A stretch of DNA of 64,000 bases, taken from the NCBI GenBank assembly GCA_965248445.1, contig CBDFJG010000003.1, positions 1,664,001 through 1,728,000 on the forward strand. Direction: 5' to 3'. The first letter of the stretch is position 1, and each line of letters opens with the position of its first letter. Below, in pieces: positions 21,115-30,499 of this stretch. The notes under the pieces are model-generated. The model ran no database searches. It was not told the origin of the DNA and was given only the letters and a program-made list of their open reading frames with translations. Made by a program: the position numbers and the translations under genes. This DNA comes from Planctomycetota bacterium (lineage in GTDB: Bacteria; Planctomycetota; JAJSAM01; JAJVHW01).

Positions 21115-21253
21115 ACTCGAAGACGCGGTGTCTCAAAGTCGTTGACACGTCCCGCTCCCCCGAGAGCTACGAGTCCGACATGGAGATCCTGCGGAAGGCG
21201 TTCTGAGCGAGCCGTAGCGCCTGGCGACACCGTGAGCCATCTGGCACCGGTCT

Positions 21254-21305
21254 CGGTATGGCGCGGTATGGCGCGGTATGGCGCACGGTACGGCGCAGTA
21301 TGGCG
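21254..21305 (+). repeat. Tandem 10-mer repeat (CGGTATGGCG x3 plus two degenerate copies)
   Basis: Read directly from the sequence. Confidence 0.9.
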
Positions 21306-21306
21306 A

Positions 21307-22311
21307 TTAGGGCTGGCCCAGGTCCACCGAGTACGGGATCTGCGCGAGATCAAAGGCTCCCGTCAGCGAGATCTTCTGCCCGCCGGCGCTCTCCGCCGAG
21401 ATGCGATACGTGCCCGTCATCTCACCGACGACCACCGGCGCGTTGCTGAACTTCAGGCCCGCGATCCGGATGTCTCCGGACGTGTTGCGGTCGTAAACCG
21501 TGCCGCCGCGCGTGATCACGATTGTCGCCGTGTCGTCTGCGTCACTCACCAGCGCGACGGGGCTGAAGCCGATCTGGCGGACCGTCCAGTCCATCGTCAC
21601 ATCCGAAAGCTGCTGCGTCGCCGGCTGAGCATCGACGTGCAGGTGGAGAAGAAGAGTGCCGGCCCACGACGTCGCGTCGACCGCGACCGTCCCGGCCGTC
21701 GCGCCGTTGATCGTGTAGTCGAACTGACCGACGACGCCCGATAGCGGGTCGCCGGTGGGGATGATCGGATCCGGCGGCACGAACGCGATGGCCCGCTCGG
21801 CAGCGACGACCTTCCTGGTCGCGCGCAAGAGGAACCGCGCACGCTGACCGCGCGGACCGGCCGAGGCCGCCAACGTCTCGAAGTCGCGGGCGCGACCGAG
21901 GAACGCCTCTGCCGTCGCCTGTCGCTGCGCATTCGCGGCCTCGCCGGTGATCTGCTCCGCGTCGAAGATGCGGTTGGAGACGTCCGTCGCGAAGCCGTCC
22001 AGCATTCCGTCGAGCAACGGGCCGAACTCCGCGTCTCCCGGGAAGCGACGATCGATGCGCTGTGCAATTCTCCTCGCCGAGGACAGATCGCGCTTCAGGC
22101 CGCGAGGAACGCGAAGCAACACGCGCGTGACACCACGCAACGTGCGCAGTTGACGCCGCTCCGCGCGATTCGCAGGAGTCGCGAGCTCGCCGCGCCGCTC
22201 GTCCACCTCGACCGCGAGTTCCTCGAAAGGAGTGCCGTCCGTCGCCGCGCCGCCGATCGACGTCAGAGCGAAGACTGCGCAGAGCGCGAGTGCGGTCCGT
22301 CTGGTGCCCAT
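21307..22311 (-). CDS. Secreted hypothetical protein (N-terminal helical domain shared with 44606-45982)
   Basis: Signal peptide MGTRRTALALCAVFALTSIGGAA; GGGAGG RBS. Confidence 0.7.
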   Translation of the reverse strand: MGTRRTALALCAVFALTSIGGAATDGTPFEELAVEVDERRGELATPANRAERRQLRTLRGVTRVLLRVPRGLKRDLSSARRIAQRIDRRFPGDAEFGPLLDGMLDGFATDVSNRIFDAEQITGEAANAQRQATAEAFLGRARDFETLAASAGPRGQRARFLLRATRKVVAAERAIAFVPPDPIIPTGDPLSGVVGQFDYTINGATAGTVAVDATSWAGTLLLHLHVDAQPATQQLSDVTMDWTVRQIGFSPVALVSDADDTATIVITRGGTVYDRNTSGDIRIAGLKFSNAPVVVGEMTGTYRISAESAGGQKISLTGAFDLAQIPYSVDLGQP

Positions 22312-22438
22312 CCATGCCTCCCCGGGAGGGTCATCCCGGCCACAGTCTAGCGGCGACCACCGGATCGCCCACCCTCGGCGCGCCGGAGCGCCACGCCGGA
22401 CGGCAACAGACACCGGTCTCGGTATGGCGGGCTCGGCG

Positions 22439-23164
22439 TCAGCGACCGCGGGGCTCGATGTCGCCTGACCCGCTCGTACTCTCGCCCACCGTGGGTGGGT
22501 TGCCGGCGTACGTGATGTCGCCGCTGCCCCTCACTTCCCCGTCGAAGCTCCAGGTCGCGTGCACCTCGACGTCGCCGCTGCCGTCGACCGTCACGACCGC
22601 TTCCCGCGAGATCAGCCCGAACAGTGCGGCGTCGCCGGAGCCCGCGACGGTCACCGTCAGTTGCTCGGCCTTGCCCGACACTTGAACGTCACCGCTGCCC
22701 GTGATGCGTACGTCGAACGCCTCCGCGTCGACGCCGACGACGACCACGTCACCCGAACCGGTCACCGACACGCCCTCGAGTGCGGTGACCGTGACGTTGA
22801 CCGTCACACCGATGCTGGTGAAGTACGACTCGTCGCTCGAGACGACGAGCTCGCCGTCGATGACCTCGGTCTTGATGACAGGGAGCAGGTTGTCGTCGGC
22901 CGAGACGTGCACCGTCTGCTCGTCACCGACGACCACGCTCACGTCCGTGCTGCCGACCACCTTGACACGCGCGAACTCCGGCACGTCCCGTCCCTCGGTT
23001 GCCGCGACACCCGAGCCCCGGACGTCGACCATCTCTTCTGCCATGAACTCGAACGAGCGCGCGCCGTAGAGCCAGACACCCCCGCAGCACAGGAGGCCCA
23101 GTACGAGGAGGATGAGGACCACCACCAGAACGACCTTGCCGCCGCCACCGTCGCCTTCCGCCAT
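22439..23164 (-). CDS. DUF2807 / head GIN domain protein
   Basis: VRGSG...ADDNLLPVIKTEV..GEL, repeated VTGSGDV motifs, GSGDITYAGNP. Confidence 0.85.
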   Translation of the reverse strand: MAEGDGGGGKVVLVVVLILLVLGLLCCGGVWLYGARSFEFMAEEMVDVRGSGVAATEGRDVPEFARVKVVGSTDVSVVVGDEQTVHVSADDNLLPVIKTEVIDGELVVSSDESYFTSIGVTVNVTVTALEGVSVTGSGDVVVVGVDAEAFDVRITGSGDVQVSGKAEQLTVTVAGSGDAALFGLISREAVVTVDGSGDVEVHATWSFDGEVRGSGDITYAGNPPTVGESTSGSGDIEPRGR

Positions 23165-23380
23165 CTCGATGCTCCTCCAGACCCGTAAATCACCGCAGCT
23201 CCCCGCCCGGTGAACCGGCCCAACGGCTGGTGGTTCGTCGGGCGCCCTGCCGGCCTGCCGGTAGGGTGCGCGCGATGGACGAGAGCATACTCGCGCAGTG
23301 CCGCGAGGCGCTGCTGGACTGTGAGCACCTCACGCTCGACGATCGTCAGCGTGAGGATCAACTCGGCTGAGAGGACCACG

Positions 23381-23851
23381 TTGCCCCACGTCTACGTAGA
23401 TGCTGACGACTGCCCGGTGAAGGAAGAGGTCGTCCGCGTGGCGAAGCGATACGGGCTGCGCGTGACGTTCGTCGCGAACACCTGGATGCAGATCGCGGAG
23501 CGCGACGGCATCGAGATTGTCGTCGTCCCGAAACAGCCCGATGCCGCCGACGACTGGATCGCCGAGCACGTTGCCGCCGACGACATCGTGATCTGTTCGG
23601 ACATCCCGCTCGCCGCGCGCTGCGTGGAGCGCGAAGCGACGGCGATCAACTCCCGCGGGCGTCTGTTCACCGAGGACGATATCGGCGAGACGCTGGCGAC
23701 CCGCGACCTCCTGTCGTCACTGCGCGAGTCCGGGCTGACGACCGGCGGTCCCAAGCCGTACGGCCCGCGCGATCGTTCGCAGTTCCTGCAGAGCCTCGAC
23801 AAGCAGGTGCACGTGTCGCGCAAGAGCCGCAAGCTGCGCGCTCTCGAGTAG
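23381..23851 (+). CDS. YaiI/YqxD family protein (DUF188)
   Basis: YVDADDCPVK, DAADDWI, SDIPLAARC, GGPKPY; TTG start after GAGGA. Confidence 0.9.
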   Translation: MPHVYVDADDCPVKEEVVRVAKRYGLRVTFVANTWMQIAERDGIEIVVVPKQPDAADDWIAEHVAADDIVICSDIPLAARCVEREATAINSRGRLFTEDDIGETLATRDLLSSLRESGLTTGGPKPYGPRDRSQFLQSLDKQVHVSRKSRKLRALE

Positions 23852-23853
23852 CG

Positions 23854-24900
23854 TCACTCCACGGCATCCAGCAATTGCTCGAGGCGGGATGCTGGGTACT
23901 CCGTCGTGAGGTCCGTGATCAGGCAGCGGTAGAACTCGCCGATCGCGAGCGCCACCGGCCCTCTGCGCGCGACGTACTCGCGCACGGCAGCGGGCACACT
24001 TGCGATCGCTGCGTGCGTGCCGTCGATCAACTCGCGCACCGTCTTCCGCCAATCCTTCCTCGCGTCGTAGCGAGTGACGAGCGAGTGGACGTTGCTGGTG
24101 ATGGCCGTGCAGCGATCGAAGTTCTGGTGCCGGTCGAAGAACGCGAGTTCTGCGGCGTCGAGATCGAATTCCGGCGAGATGGCCAGCCCGTGGTCGCTCA
24201 GAAACAACCCGCTCCCGTCGGTGAGGATGTTCTCGAAGTGGGCGTCCATGTGCAGCACGCCCTGACCGTTCACGAACGCGAGCAGGTCCAAGAGCGCGGC
24301 CTCGGTCTGCGCCACGGCGTTCGCGCGATCGAGTTCGGCGATCGGCCGCTCGCGGGTCCACTGGAGCAGCGTCATTGGAAAGTGCTCCAGGAACAACGCG
24401 ACCGACGACGTCGCCTCCAGAACCGCCGCGGCCCGCTGCTTGATCACGGGCTGATGGCCCCAGATCTCGGTGCTCGTCCTGTCGTCCTCGAGCGCAATCG
24501 CCATCGGAAGAACGCGCCAGTCGTGCAACAGCACGAAGTCAGGGCACTGCCCGCTGAGGACCCACTCGTTGGCCTGCCGGTGGACCTCCAGCTCGCGCCA
24601 CGCGCCGAAGCCACAGCCCCCGAGCCGGTGCTGGTAGTAGGTCGGGAGTCCGAACAGGTTGGCTGTCGAGTGACGGTGCTCCGGCCGCAACTCGAGAGCG
24701 GTCAGCGGCACCAGCTTGACGAACACGTCCGCGTTGACGCGCGGCACGCAGACGGTCCCGTGGCCGCCCACGGACAGGCTCGACCCGGAGAGCCAACGAA
24801 CGAGTTCTTCGTCGCTCAGCGCGCGTAGCTCGGCCTCGATCTCGCGATGGCGCGCGATGCGCGCTGCGAGCGCGGGGGCGGCGGGGGTGTCAGCGCGCAT
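23854..24900 (-). CDS. Protein-kinase-like fold protein
   Basis: VFVKLVPLT, GFGAWRELEVH, LHMDAHFENILTDG, LSDHGLA (catalytic-loop and DFG-like motifs). Confidence 0.7.
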   Translation of the reverse strand: MRADTPAAPALAARIARHREIEAELRALSDEELVRWLSGSSLSVGGHGTVCVPRVNADVFVKLVPLTALELRPEHRHSTANLFGLPTYYQHRLGGCGFGAWRELEVHRQANEWVLSGQCPDFVLLHDWRVLPMAIALEDDRTSTEIWGHQPVIKQRAAAVLEATSSVALFLEHFPMTLLQWTRERPIAELDRANAVAQTEAALLDLLAFVNGQGVLHMDAHFENILTDGSGLFLSDHGLAISPEFDLDAAELAFFDRHQNFDRCTAITSNVHSLVTRYDARKDWRKTVRELIDGTHAAIASVPAAVREYVARRGPVALAIGEFYRCLITDLTTEYPASRLEQLLDAVE

Positions 24901-25471
24901 CGCCCGGTCGATTGGGCGCCGCGGAGACGTCGTACCGCAGTTCCGCGTACTCCCCGGCTCGCCGGACCGACGTCAGCCGCAGCGACGGTGGATCGATCCG
25001 GCGGGGAAGCAGCGGGAAGCCGGCGCCGAGAGTGGCGGGGGCGACGTGGACCATCACTTCGTCCAGGAGTCCGGCGTCGTGGAACTGGCCGGCCAGGTCG
25101 CCGCCACCGATGACCCAGACGTTCTTGCCGTTCGCCGCCGCCACCATGTCCGCGTGCACGGGACGCACGTCGCCGCGGACGAAGCGTACGTCGGCGCCCT
25201 CGACCGTCGGGAGGTCATCGCGCGAGCTGAAGACCCAGCACGGGGCCTCGTAGGGCCACGCCGCCTCGTTGCCGGCCGCCCGTTCCCGTTCGAGGTGCGC
25301 CGCGACCCACCGGTACGTCCCCGAGCCCATCGTCAACGCACCGACCGCGGCGATGAACGTTACGTAGTCGTTGGGGTCGCCCTCGCCGGACGCATCAAGC
25401 CAGTCGATGCCGTGGTTCTCGTCGGCGATGAAGCCGTCGAGTGTGGAGGCGACGTAGTACTGCGTCTTCAT
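24890..25471 (-). CDS. Dihydrofolate reductase family (RibD C-terminal) protein
   Basis: YYVASTLDGFIAD, MGSGTY, NVWVIGGGDLAGQF..AGLLDE, LGAGFPL. Confidence 0.9.
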   Translation of the reverse strand: MKTQYYVASTLDGFIADENHGIDWLDASGEGDPNDYVTFIAAVGALTMGSGTYRWVAAHLERERAAGNEAAWPYEAPCWVFSSRDDLPTVEGADVRFVRGDVRPVHADMVAAANGKNVWVIGGGDLAGQFHDAGLLDEVMVHVAPATLGAGFPLLPRRIDPPSLRLTSVRRAGEYAELRYDVSAAPNRPGDAR

Positions 25472-25764
25472 GGATCGTCATCGTAGCGAGGCAAGACGCC
25501 GATGGCGCCTGGCGCCGCCTAGACTGCCGTGATGCAGCCACCACGCCGGCCCGCGAAATCCCGTCCGCGACTCAGGTTCGCGACGCTCCTCGTGGTCGGT
25601 CAAGTCCTTGGCGATGGTTTTCTTGCCGGGCGTCTGCGTCGCCTTGCCCTCGCTCCGACAGGCCGACGGACTCAGAAGATCGATGTCGACGAGCCGTCGG
25701 CCCAGAGTCGGAACCGGGTCGGCGCGGGCTGGCCTGCCGCCGCGTCCAGGTCCATCCTGGGTGC

Positions 25765-26430
25765 GTGCAGGCGCCCGAGCTCATCGACGAAGCAAGGACC
25801 CCCGCCGGCGAGCGGATCCGGCTCACGCGGGAGTCGGGCTACTTCCTTGTGCACGTGGACGACGTGCTGCTCATGACGAGCGGCGCGCACCACTCCGAAG
25901 AGCTCATGGCGACGATCGGCTGCCGGGGGCTGCGCGGGCGGAACGACACACGCGTGCTCGTCGGTGGTCTCGGCCTGGGGTACACGCTGCGCGCGGCACT
26001 GAACGCCGTGGGGCCGCGCGCGACGGTCGTCGTCTCGGAGTTACTGGAAGCCGTCGTCGACTGGAGCCGATCTCACGTCGGCCACCTGGCTGGGCATCCG
26101 CTGGACGACCCGCGCGTAGTCGTCGAGGTCGGCGACCTCGTGGCCTACGTCCACTCACGGCCGGAGCCGTTCGACGCCCTGCTGCTCGACGTGGATTGCG
26201 GGCCCGACTCGTTCACCTCGAAGGGCAACGGACGCCTCTACGACCGGGACGGACTCGCGTTGCTCCGGCAGCTGCTCCGGCCGGGCGGTACGTTGGTCGT
26301 CTGGTCGGCGTATCAGTGCCCGCCGTTCGTGCGGGATCTGAAGAAGGCGGGGTTCAAGCCAGAGGTCGTCACCGCCCGCGAGCGGGGCGACCGAGGCGCG
26401 CTGCACACGCTCTACGTCGGGCGCCGCTGA
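25765..26430 (+). CDS. Spermidine-synthase-like SAM-dependent methyltransferase
   Basis: HSEELMA, VLVGGLGLGYTLRAAL, FDALLLDVDCGP, LRPGGTLVVWS; start codon approximate. Confidence 0.8.
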   Translation: MQAPELIDEARTPAGERIRLTRESGYFLVHVDDVLLMTSGAHHSEELMATIGCRGLRGRNDTRVLVGGLGLGYTLRAALNAVGPRATVVVSELLEAVVDWSRSHVGHLAGHPLDDPRVVVEVGDLVAYVHSRPEPFDALLLDVDCGPDSFTSKGNGRLYDRDGLALLRQLLRPGGTLVVWSAYQCPPFVRDLKKAGFKPEVVTARERGDRGALHTLYVGRR

Positions 26431-26456
26431 TCACGTCACGTACGGACGCAGCCCGG

Positions 26457-27795
26457 TCACTCCTCTCGCGCGACGAGACGCTCGACCTGGCCGGCTGCCG
26501 TCGTCAGTTCCGCCAGCACCTTCTCATCCTGCTCCGTGCTCTCGGCGTCGCGCAGGTACTGCAGCACGGTCTCGTCCGCCCGGGACGCGAGGCCCTTCAC
26601 GGCCGTGAGCCGGAGTTGCTGTGTGTTCGACTTGTCACGGACGATCCGCATCAACTCGGGCGCCGCCCGCGCATCGGGGGAGCGTGCGAGGAACCGCGCG
26701 CCGTCCAGTCGCTGGACATCGGAGTTGCCGGCCGCCACGCGGCCGACCGCCATTTCGACGTACTCGTTCTGGAGGTCGGGGTTGAGCGGTTCGACGAGCT
26801 TCTTGTACGCATCGAAGAACGGAGGCATCGCGAAGGTGAGCTGTCCCAGCGCGTTGTTCGTGAAGCCCGCACCGTAGCCGCCGTTCCGTGCGCGCTCGAT
26901 GTACCGCTCCATGTAGTCGTTCTTCAATGGGGCGGTGGACTCCACGAACGTGAAGGCCTGCATCATCACCGCGCGGATCTCGGCCACCACCTCGGGATCG
27001 GTCTCGGCCGCGTCGAAGGCCATGATGGCGTCGAACTGCTCGCGCGTCATCTTGCCGAGCTCGGCGACGAGGATCGGTCCCAGCTCGTACTGGTTCGCGC
27101 CCGCTTCCTGCATCCGGACGAGAATGCCCATCACGCCGGCATACATCTCCTGGATCTCCTCCCAGCGCTCGTCGCGGGAGACCTCGCCGTCGCGGCTCGC
27201 GGCCTGCGAGCCGGAGGTGAGTTCCTCTACCCGCGCATCGAGAGCGGCGATCGCCAGATCCCGCTCATCGAGCTGACCGCGCAGCAGCTCCAGGTCCGCT
27301 CCGAGGCCGCCGATCTTGGCGGCGCTGCGCGACCGCTCGTCGTCGAGCTTGCTCCGCATGGACGCGAGGTCCTCGCGGTCGGACTCGAGCTGGCCGCGAA
27401 GCTCCGCGACCGCCGCGTCGTGCTCATCCGCAAGCCCGGATGCGAGGAGCTGCTGCGACAGTGCTGCGCCCCCCACCAGACAAGAGATGGCGAGTACGAA
27501 CGCCCCTACGACAGTCTTTGCCTGCATGACGACTCCTCCTGCTGTGGCTCCCTTGGCAGCCAGCGTTTCAGTCAGTGCTGTTTGGGCCGACGCTGCGGTG
27601 GTGGCAGCGGCCGACGCCGAGAAGTAGCTATTGACGGCCTCTCGCGCGGCGGAGACCACCTGCGGCGCAACGGCGTCCAGCACGACTTGCCCGTGCAGCG
27701 GGGGCACGAGCAGCGCGCCCAGCGACACGCCACCGACGAGGCGGCGATTCAGTATCCCGAGTCCCTTGCGAAGGCGCTGATGCACCGTCTTCTGG
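26457..27795 (-). pseudogene. 5'-truncated ECF-sigma-like protein (end of region 4, TM, coiled coil, HEAT repeats)
   Basis: Begins QKTVHQRLRKGLGILNRRL, resembling sigma region 4.2, then an Ala-rich linker, TM helix and C-terminal HEAT-like repeats; in-frame TAG at 27809-27807 leaves no room for regions 2-4.1. Confidence 0.55.
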
Positions 27796-30495
27796 AGTGG
27801 AACGGTCTACGTGATCGCAGAGGACGGGAAGGACCTGCGCCTCTACGCGTTCGAGGGGCGCACGGGCACGTTGATCTCGGAGCGCAAGCTCGGTCGGAGC
27901 CGTCCCGCGACACTCGCCGCGTGGGGTAACCGCGTGATCGTCGTGCAGGACGGCACGGTCAGCGGCGTCCCACTCAAGGACGGCGCGTTCGGCATGCCGT
28001 GGCGCAAGAAGGGCGACTACTCGGGCGCCCCGTGCGTCTGGAACGGGCGCCTGCTCATCCGCGGCAAGAAGGGCCTGAACCTGATGGACGCGACGACCGG
28101 GCGCGTCATGACGACCGGGGACGGTCCGTCGCCCGCCAGCAAGGCCGTTGTCACCAACATCGGCTCCGTCGCGATCCGCGTCGTGAACGACACGCCGGTC
28201 GCGTCGTGGGTGACGCACACCAACTACAAGGATCCCGGCACCGACGACGTCGTGGTGCTCAGCACGCTGGGCGTACTCGACGCGGAGTCGCGCAAACCGA
28301 AGTTGAAGGGCGTGCGTGGTGCGGGTGGCTTCAAGACGCTGAAGCCGAAGCAGAGTCTCGACGTGGATCGCGCGCCGCTCGCCACGCTGGCATGGCTCGG
28401 TGGGGACAACTCCGGGGACAAGGGCGTCATGCTCATGATCTCCGCGGACTGCGGGGCATGGTCCGGCTCGATCGGCCTCAATCCGAAGGGCGGTCAGCTC
28501 GGACCACAGATGACCGGGCAGCCCTCGTTGATGGACGGAACGCTCTACGGATTCGCAAAGAGCGGCGAGCTGCGGGCGATGAACCTCGAGAGCGGCAAGG
28601 TGCGGCCGCTCGCCAGCGTCGACAAGCTACCCAAGGGTGCGCGGCCCGGACCGTCGTGCTCGTGGTCGGACGCCGTGTGCTTCGGCAACTGGGCGATGGA
28701 CATGTCCACCGGGCGCACGCTCTGGGTGCTTCCGGACCTCCCCGAGATCGTCGCGACCGTTCCGATTACCGACGGCTTCCTGATGCTCGCTACGAAGACG
28801 AACGAACGGATCGGCCTCGCCGAGCCCGGCCGCGCAGTACCAGCGGCAGCCGTGACGGGCGCCGACGGCCCCGCCGTGCGCACAGCGGGGAGCGAGGCCG
28901 CCCCACCCGCGCCCGCACCCGGAGACGGCATCCTGATGAAGGACGGCCGCAAGGTGCTCGGCACCGCCGAGGCCAGCGATGACACAGTCACCATTACGCC
29001 GACCGAGGGCGAGCCGTTCGACGTGCCGCGCGATCAGGTCGCCGCCGTCGAGGAAGGCGGCGAGATCGTCCTGCGAGGCGAGGAACCCGCGGTGCTCGGC
29101 GCGTGGCAGACGGTGCTCGACGGCATGGTCGTGCGCACGCTCGCCGAGCAGATCGACATCTACCGCAAGGAGAAGCTGATCAAGGCCTCGCGGCGGCTGC
29201 TCGACCAGATGCGCACGTTCAACATCGGGAGCGCGTACGCGGACGAGTTGCAGAAGTCGTTGTCCGGCCAGCGCGAAAACCCCAACGCCGACCTCAAGAT
29301 GAAGCGGCTCGGTCTGGAAGAGGAGAAGCGGCGCGACCTTCTCGAGAAGGCCGTCAACGCGGCGATCGACTGGTGCGAGGAGAACGACTACCCCGGTGCA
29401 GCAACTGCGCTCCTCGATCACGCAGGACGACTGGGCGTGTCCGACGACGACGTCCTCGCCCGCGCTAAGGAGCTGATGCCCGACGAGTTCCCGTGGAAGG
29501 ACGACAAGACCGCAGCCAAGCAGTGGCTCACCTGGGCTCTCGAGATCGTCCCCGCCGGCGGCGCGTTCCTCGACGAGGACCACTCGCTGCGCAATCGCGC
29601 CGGTAACGAGCCCTGGTACGAAGACACGATTCTCCTGCGCACCGAGAACCTGCTCCTGTTCTCCCGCGCGCACGACCCCGGCGTCGTCGGCATGTGTCTG
29701 CGCACCGGCGAGGGCACGGTGCGCGCACTGCACGCGCTACTCGGCGAGAGCGCCACCGGCGGCAGCGGCCTGCTGGACATCCGCCTGCACGCCAACCGCA
29801 AGGAGTACCTCGCCGAGGAGACCCGGGGCGAGAAGGCGCCCGTGTGGAGCGCCGGCTACTACTCCCCCGGGCTCAGCGCATCGCGCTTCTACGTGTCCGG
29901 CCCCGGCGACGCGGAGTCGACGCGCGGCAACCTCGGCCGCGAGCTGAAGTCGACGCTGTCCCACGAGATCACGCACCACTGGTTGTCCGAGCGGTGGATG
30001 TCCGCCGGTTCCAGCCGACGCGGGTCCGCGGTGCCCGGCTACTGGATCGTGGAGGGCTTCGCGCGCTTCATCGAGGACCAGTCCCAGGAGATGAGCCGCC
30101 GCCGCGGACGGCTCGACGACGAGACGGCACCGTCCCTCGACTCCGCGTCGCAAGTCGCGCGCGTCGACAAGCTGATGGACACGGCGGAACTCGTCGGCAT
30201 GAACCAGTTCGAGTTCGGACAGATCAAGGAGAAGCCCGTCGCGACGATCACGCTGCGCAACACGATGCAGTCGCGCGTCGTGGACGTGCGCGGGCTCTTC
30301 TACGAGCAGTCCGGCGGACTCGTGTTCTTCCTCATGAACAAGTGCGGCGAGGACACGCGCGAGGCGATGATCAACTACATGCGCCAGCACTACGAGGGGC
30401 GGTCCCCTTCCGAGCCGTTCAGCAACCTCGGCTTCGAGGACGGCAAGGACTTCCACGCGAAGTACGAGGCCTATCTCAAGTCGCTGGCGGAGTAG
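27790..30495 (+). CDS. PQQ-like beta-propeller plus C-terminal HExxH (gluzincin/DUF1570-like) protein, probably 5'-truncated
   Basis: WSGTVYVIA..LYAFEGRTG and APCVWNGRL propeller blades; LSHEITHHW...WIVEGFARFIE zinc motif; no signal peptide or RBS. Confidence 0.7.
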   Translation, partial: FWSGTVYVIAEDGKDLRLYAFEGRTGTLISERKLGRSRPATLAAWGNRVIVVQDGTVSGVPLKDGAFGMPWRKKGDYSGAPCVWNGRLLIRGKKGLNLMDATTGRVMTTGDGPSPASKAVVTNIGSVAIRVVNDTPVASWVTHTNYKDPGTDDVVVLSTLGVLDAESRKPKLKGVRGAGGFKTLKPKQSLDVDRAPLATLAWLGGDNSGDKGVMLMISADCGAWSGSIGLNPKGGQLGPQMTGQPSLMDGTLYGFAKSGELRAMNLESGKVRPLASVDKLPKGARPGPSCSWSDAVCFGNWAMDMSTGRTLWVLPDLPEIVATVPITDGFLMLATKTNERIGLAEPGRAVPAAAVTGADGPAVRTAGSEAAPPAPAPGDGILMKDGRKVLGTAEASDDTVTITPTEGEPFDVPRDQVAAVEEGGEIVLRGEEPAVLGAWQTVLDGMVVRTLAEQIDIYRKEKLIKASRRLLDQMRTFNIGSAYADELQKSLSGQRENPNADLKMKRLGLEEEKRRDLLEKAVNAAIDWCEENDYPGAATALLDHAGRLGVSDDDVLARAKELMPDEFPWKDDKTAAKQWLTWALEIVPAGGAFLDEDHSLRNRAGNEPWYEDTILLRTENLLLFSRAHDPGVVGMCLRTGEGTVRALHALLGESATGGSGLLDIRLHANRKEYLAEETRGEKAPVWSAGYYSPGLSASRFYVSGPGDAESTRGNLGRELKSTLSHEITHHWLSERWMSAGSSRRGSAVPGYWIVEGFARFIEDQSQEMSRRRGRLDDETAPSLDSASQVARVDKLMDTAELVGMNQFEFGQIKEKPVATITLRNTMQSRVVDVRGLFYEQSGGLVFFLMNKCGEDTREAMINYMRQHYEGRSPSEPFSNLGFEDGKDFHAKYEAYLKSLAE

Positions 30496-30499
30496 CGGC

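Larger units (their letters stand above)
19517..21152 (+). mobile_element. IS3-family-like insertion sequence
   Basis: Imperfect terminal IRs GTGCCAACGTGGCTGAGACACCG (19520) and CGGTGTCTCAAAGTCGTTGACAC (ends 21148); orfA/orfB; flanking imperfect repeat CGGTCCC/CGCTCCC. Confidence 0.85.
14501..21206 (+). mobile_element. Prophage remnant (early/replication-accessory gene module, no structural genes)
   Basis: Run of short co-oriented ORFs coupled by ATGA/GTGA overlaps, including Gp37/Gp68 (DUF5131) and DnaA-domain-IV-like proteins; abrupt AT-rich left junction. Confidence 0.75.
19390..21206 (+). pseudogene. Small phage gene split by the IS3-type element
   Basis: Removing the element rejoins ...VYVISAR with SPESYESDMEILRKAF* in frame. 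Confidence 0.55.

Noticed and set aside
21254..21305. Possible CRISPR array
   Set aside because: 10-bp head-to-tail units with no unique spacers, and no cas genes in the window.
25472..25764. Possible gene or ncRNA in the gap between the DHFR-like and methyltransferase genes
   Set aside because: Only a short coding-like minus-strand fragment (EGKATQTPGKKTIAKDL) without a convincing start or recognisable family.
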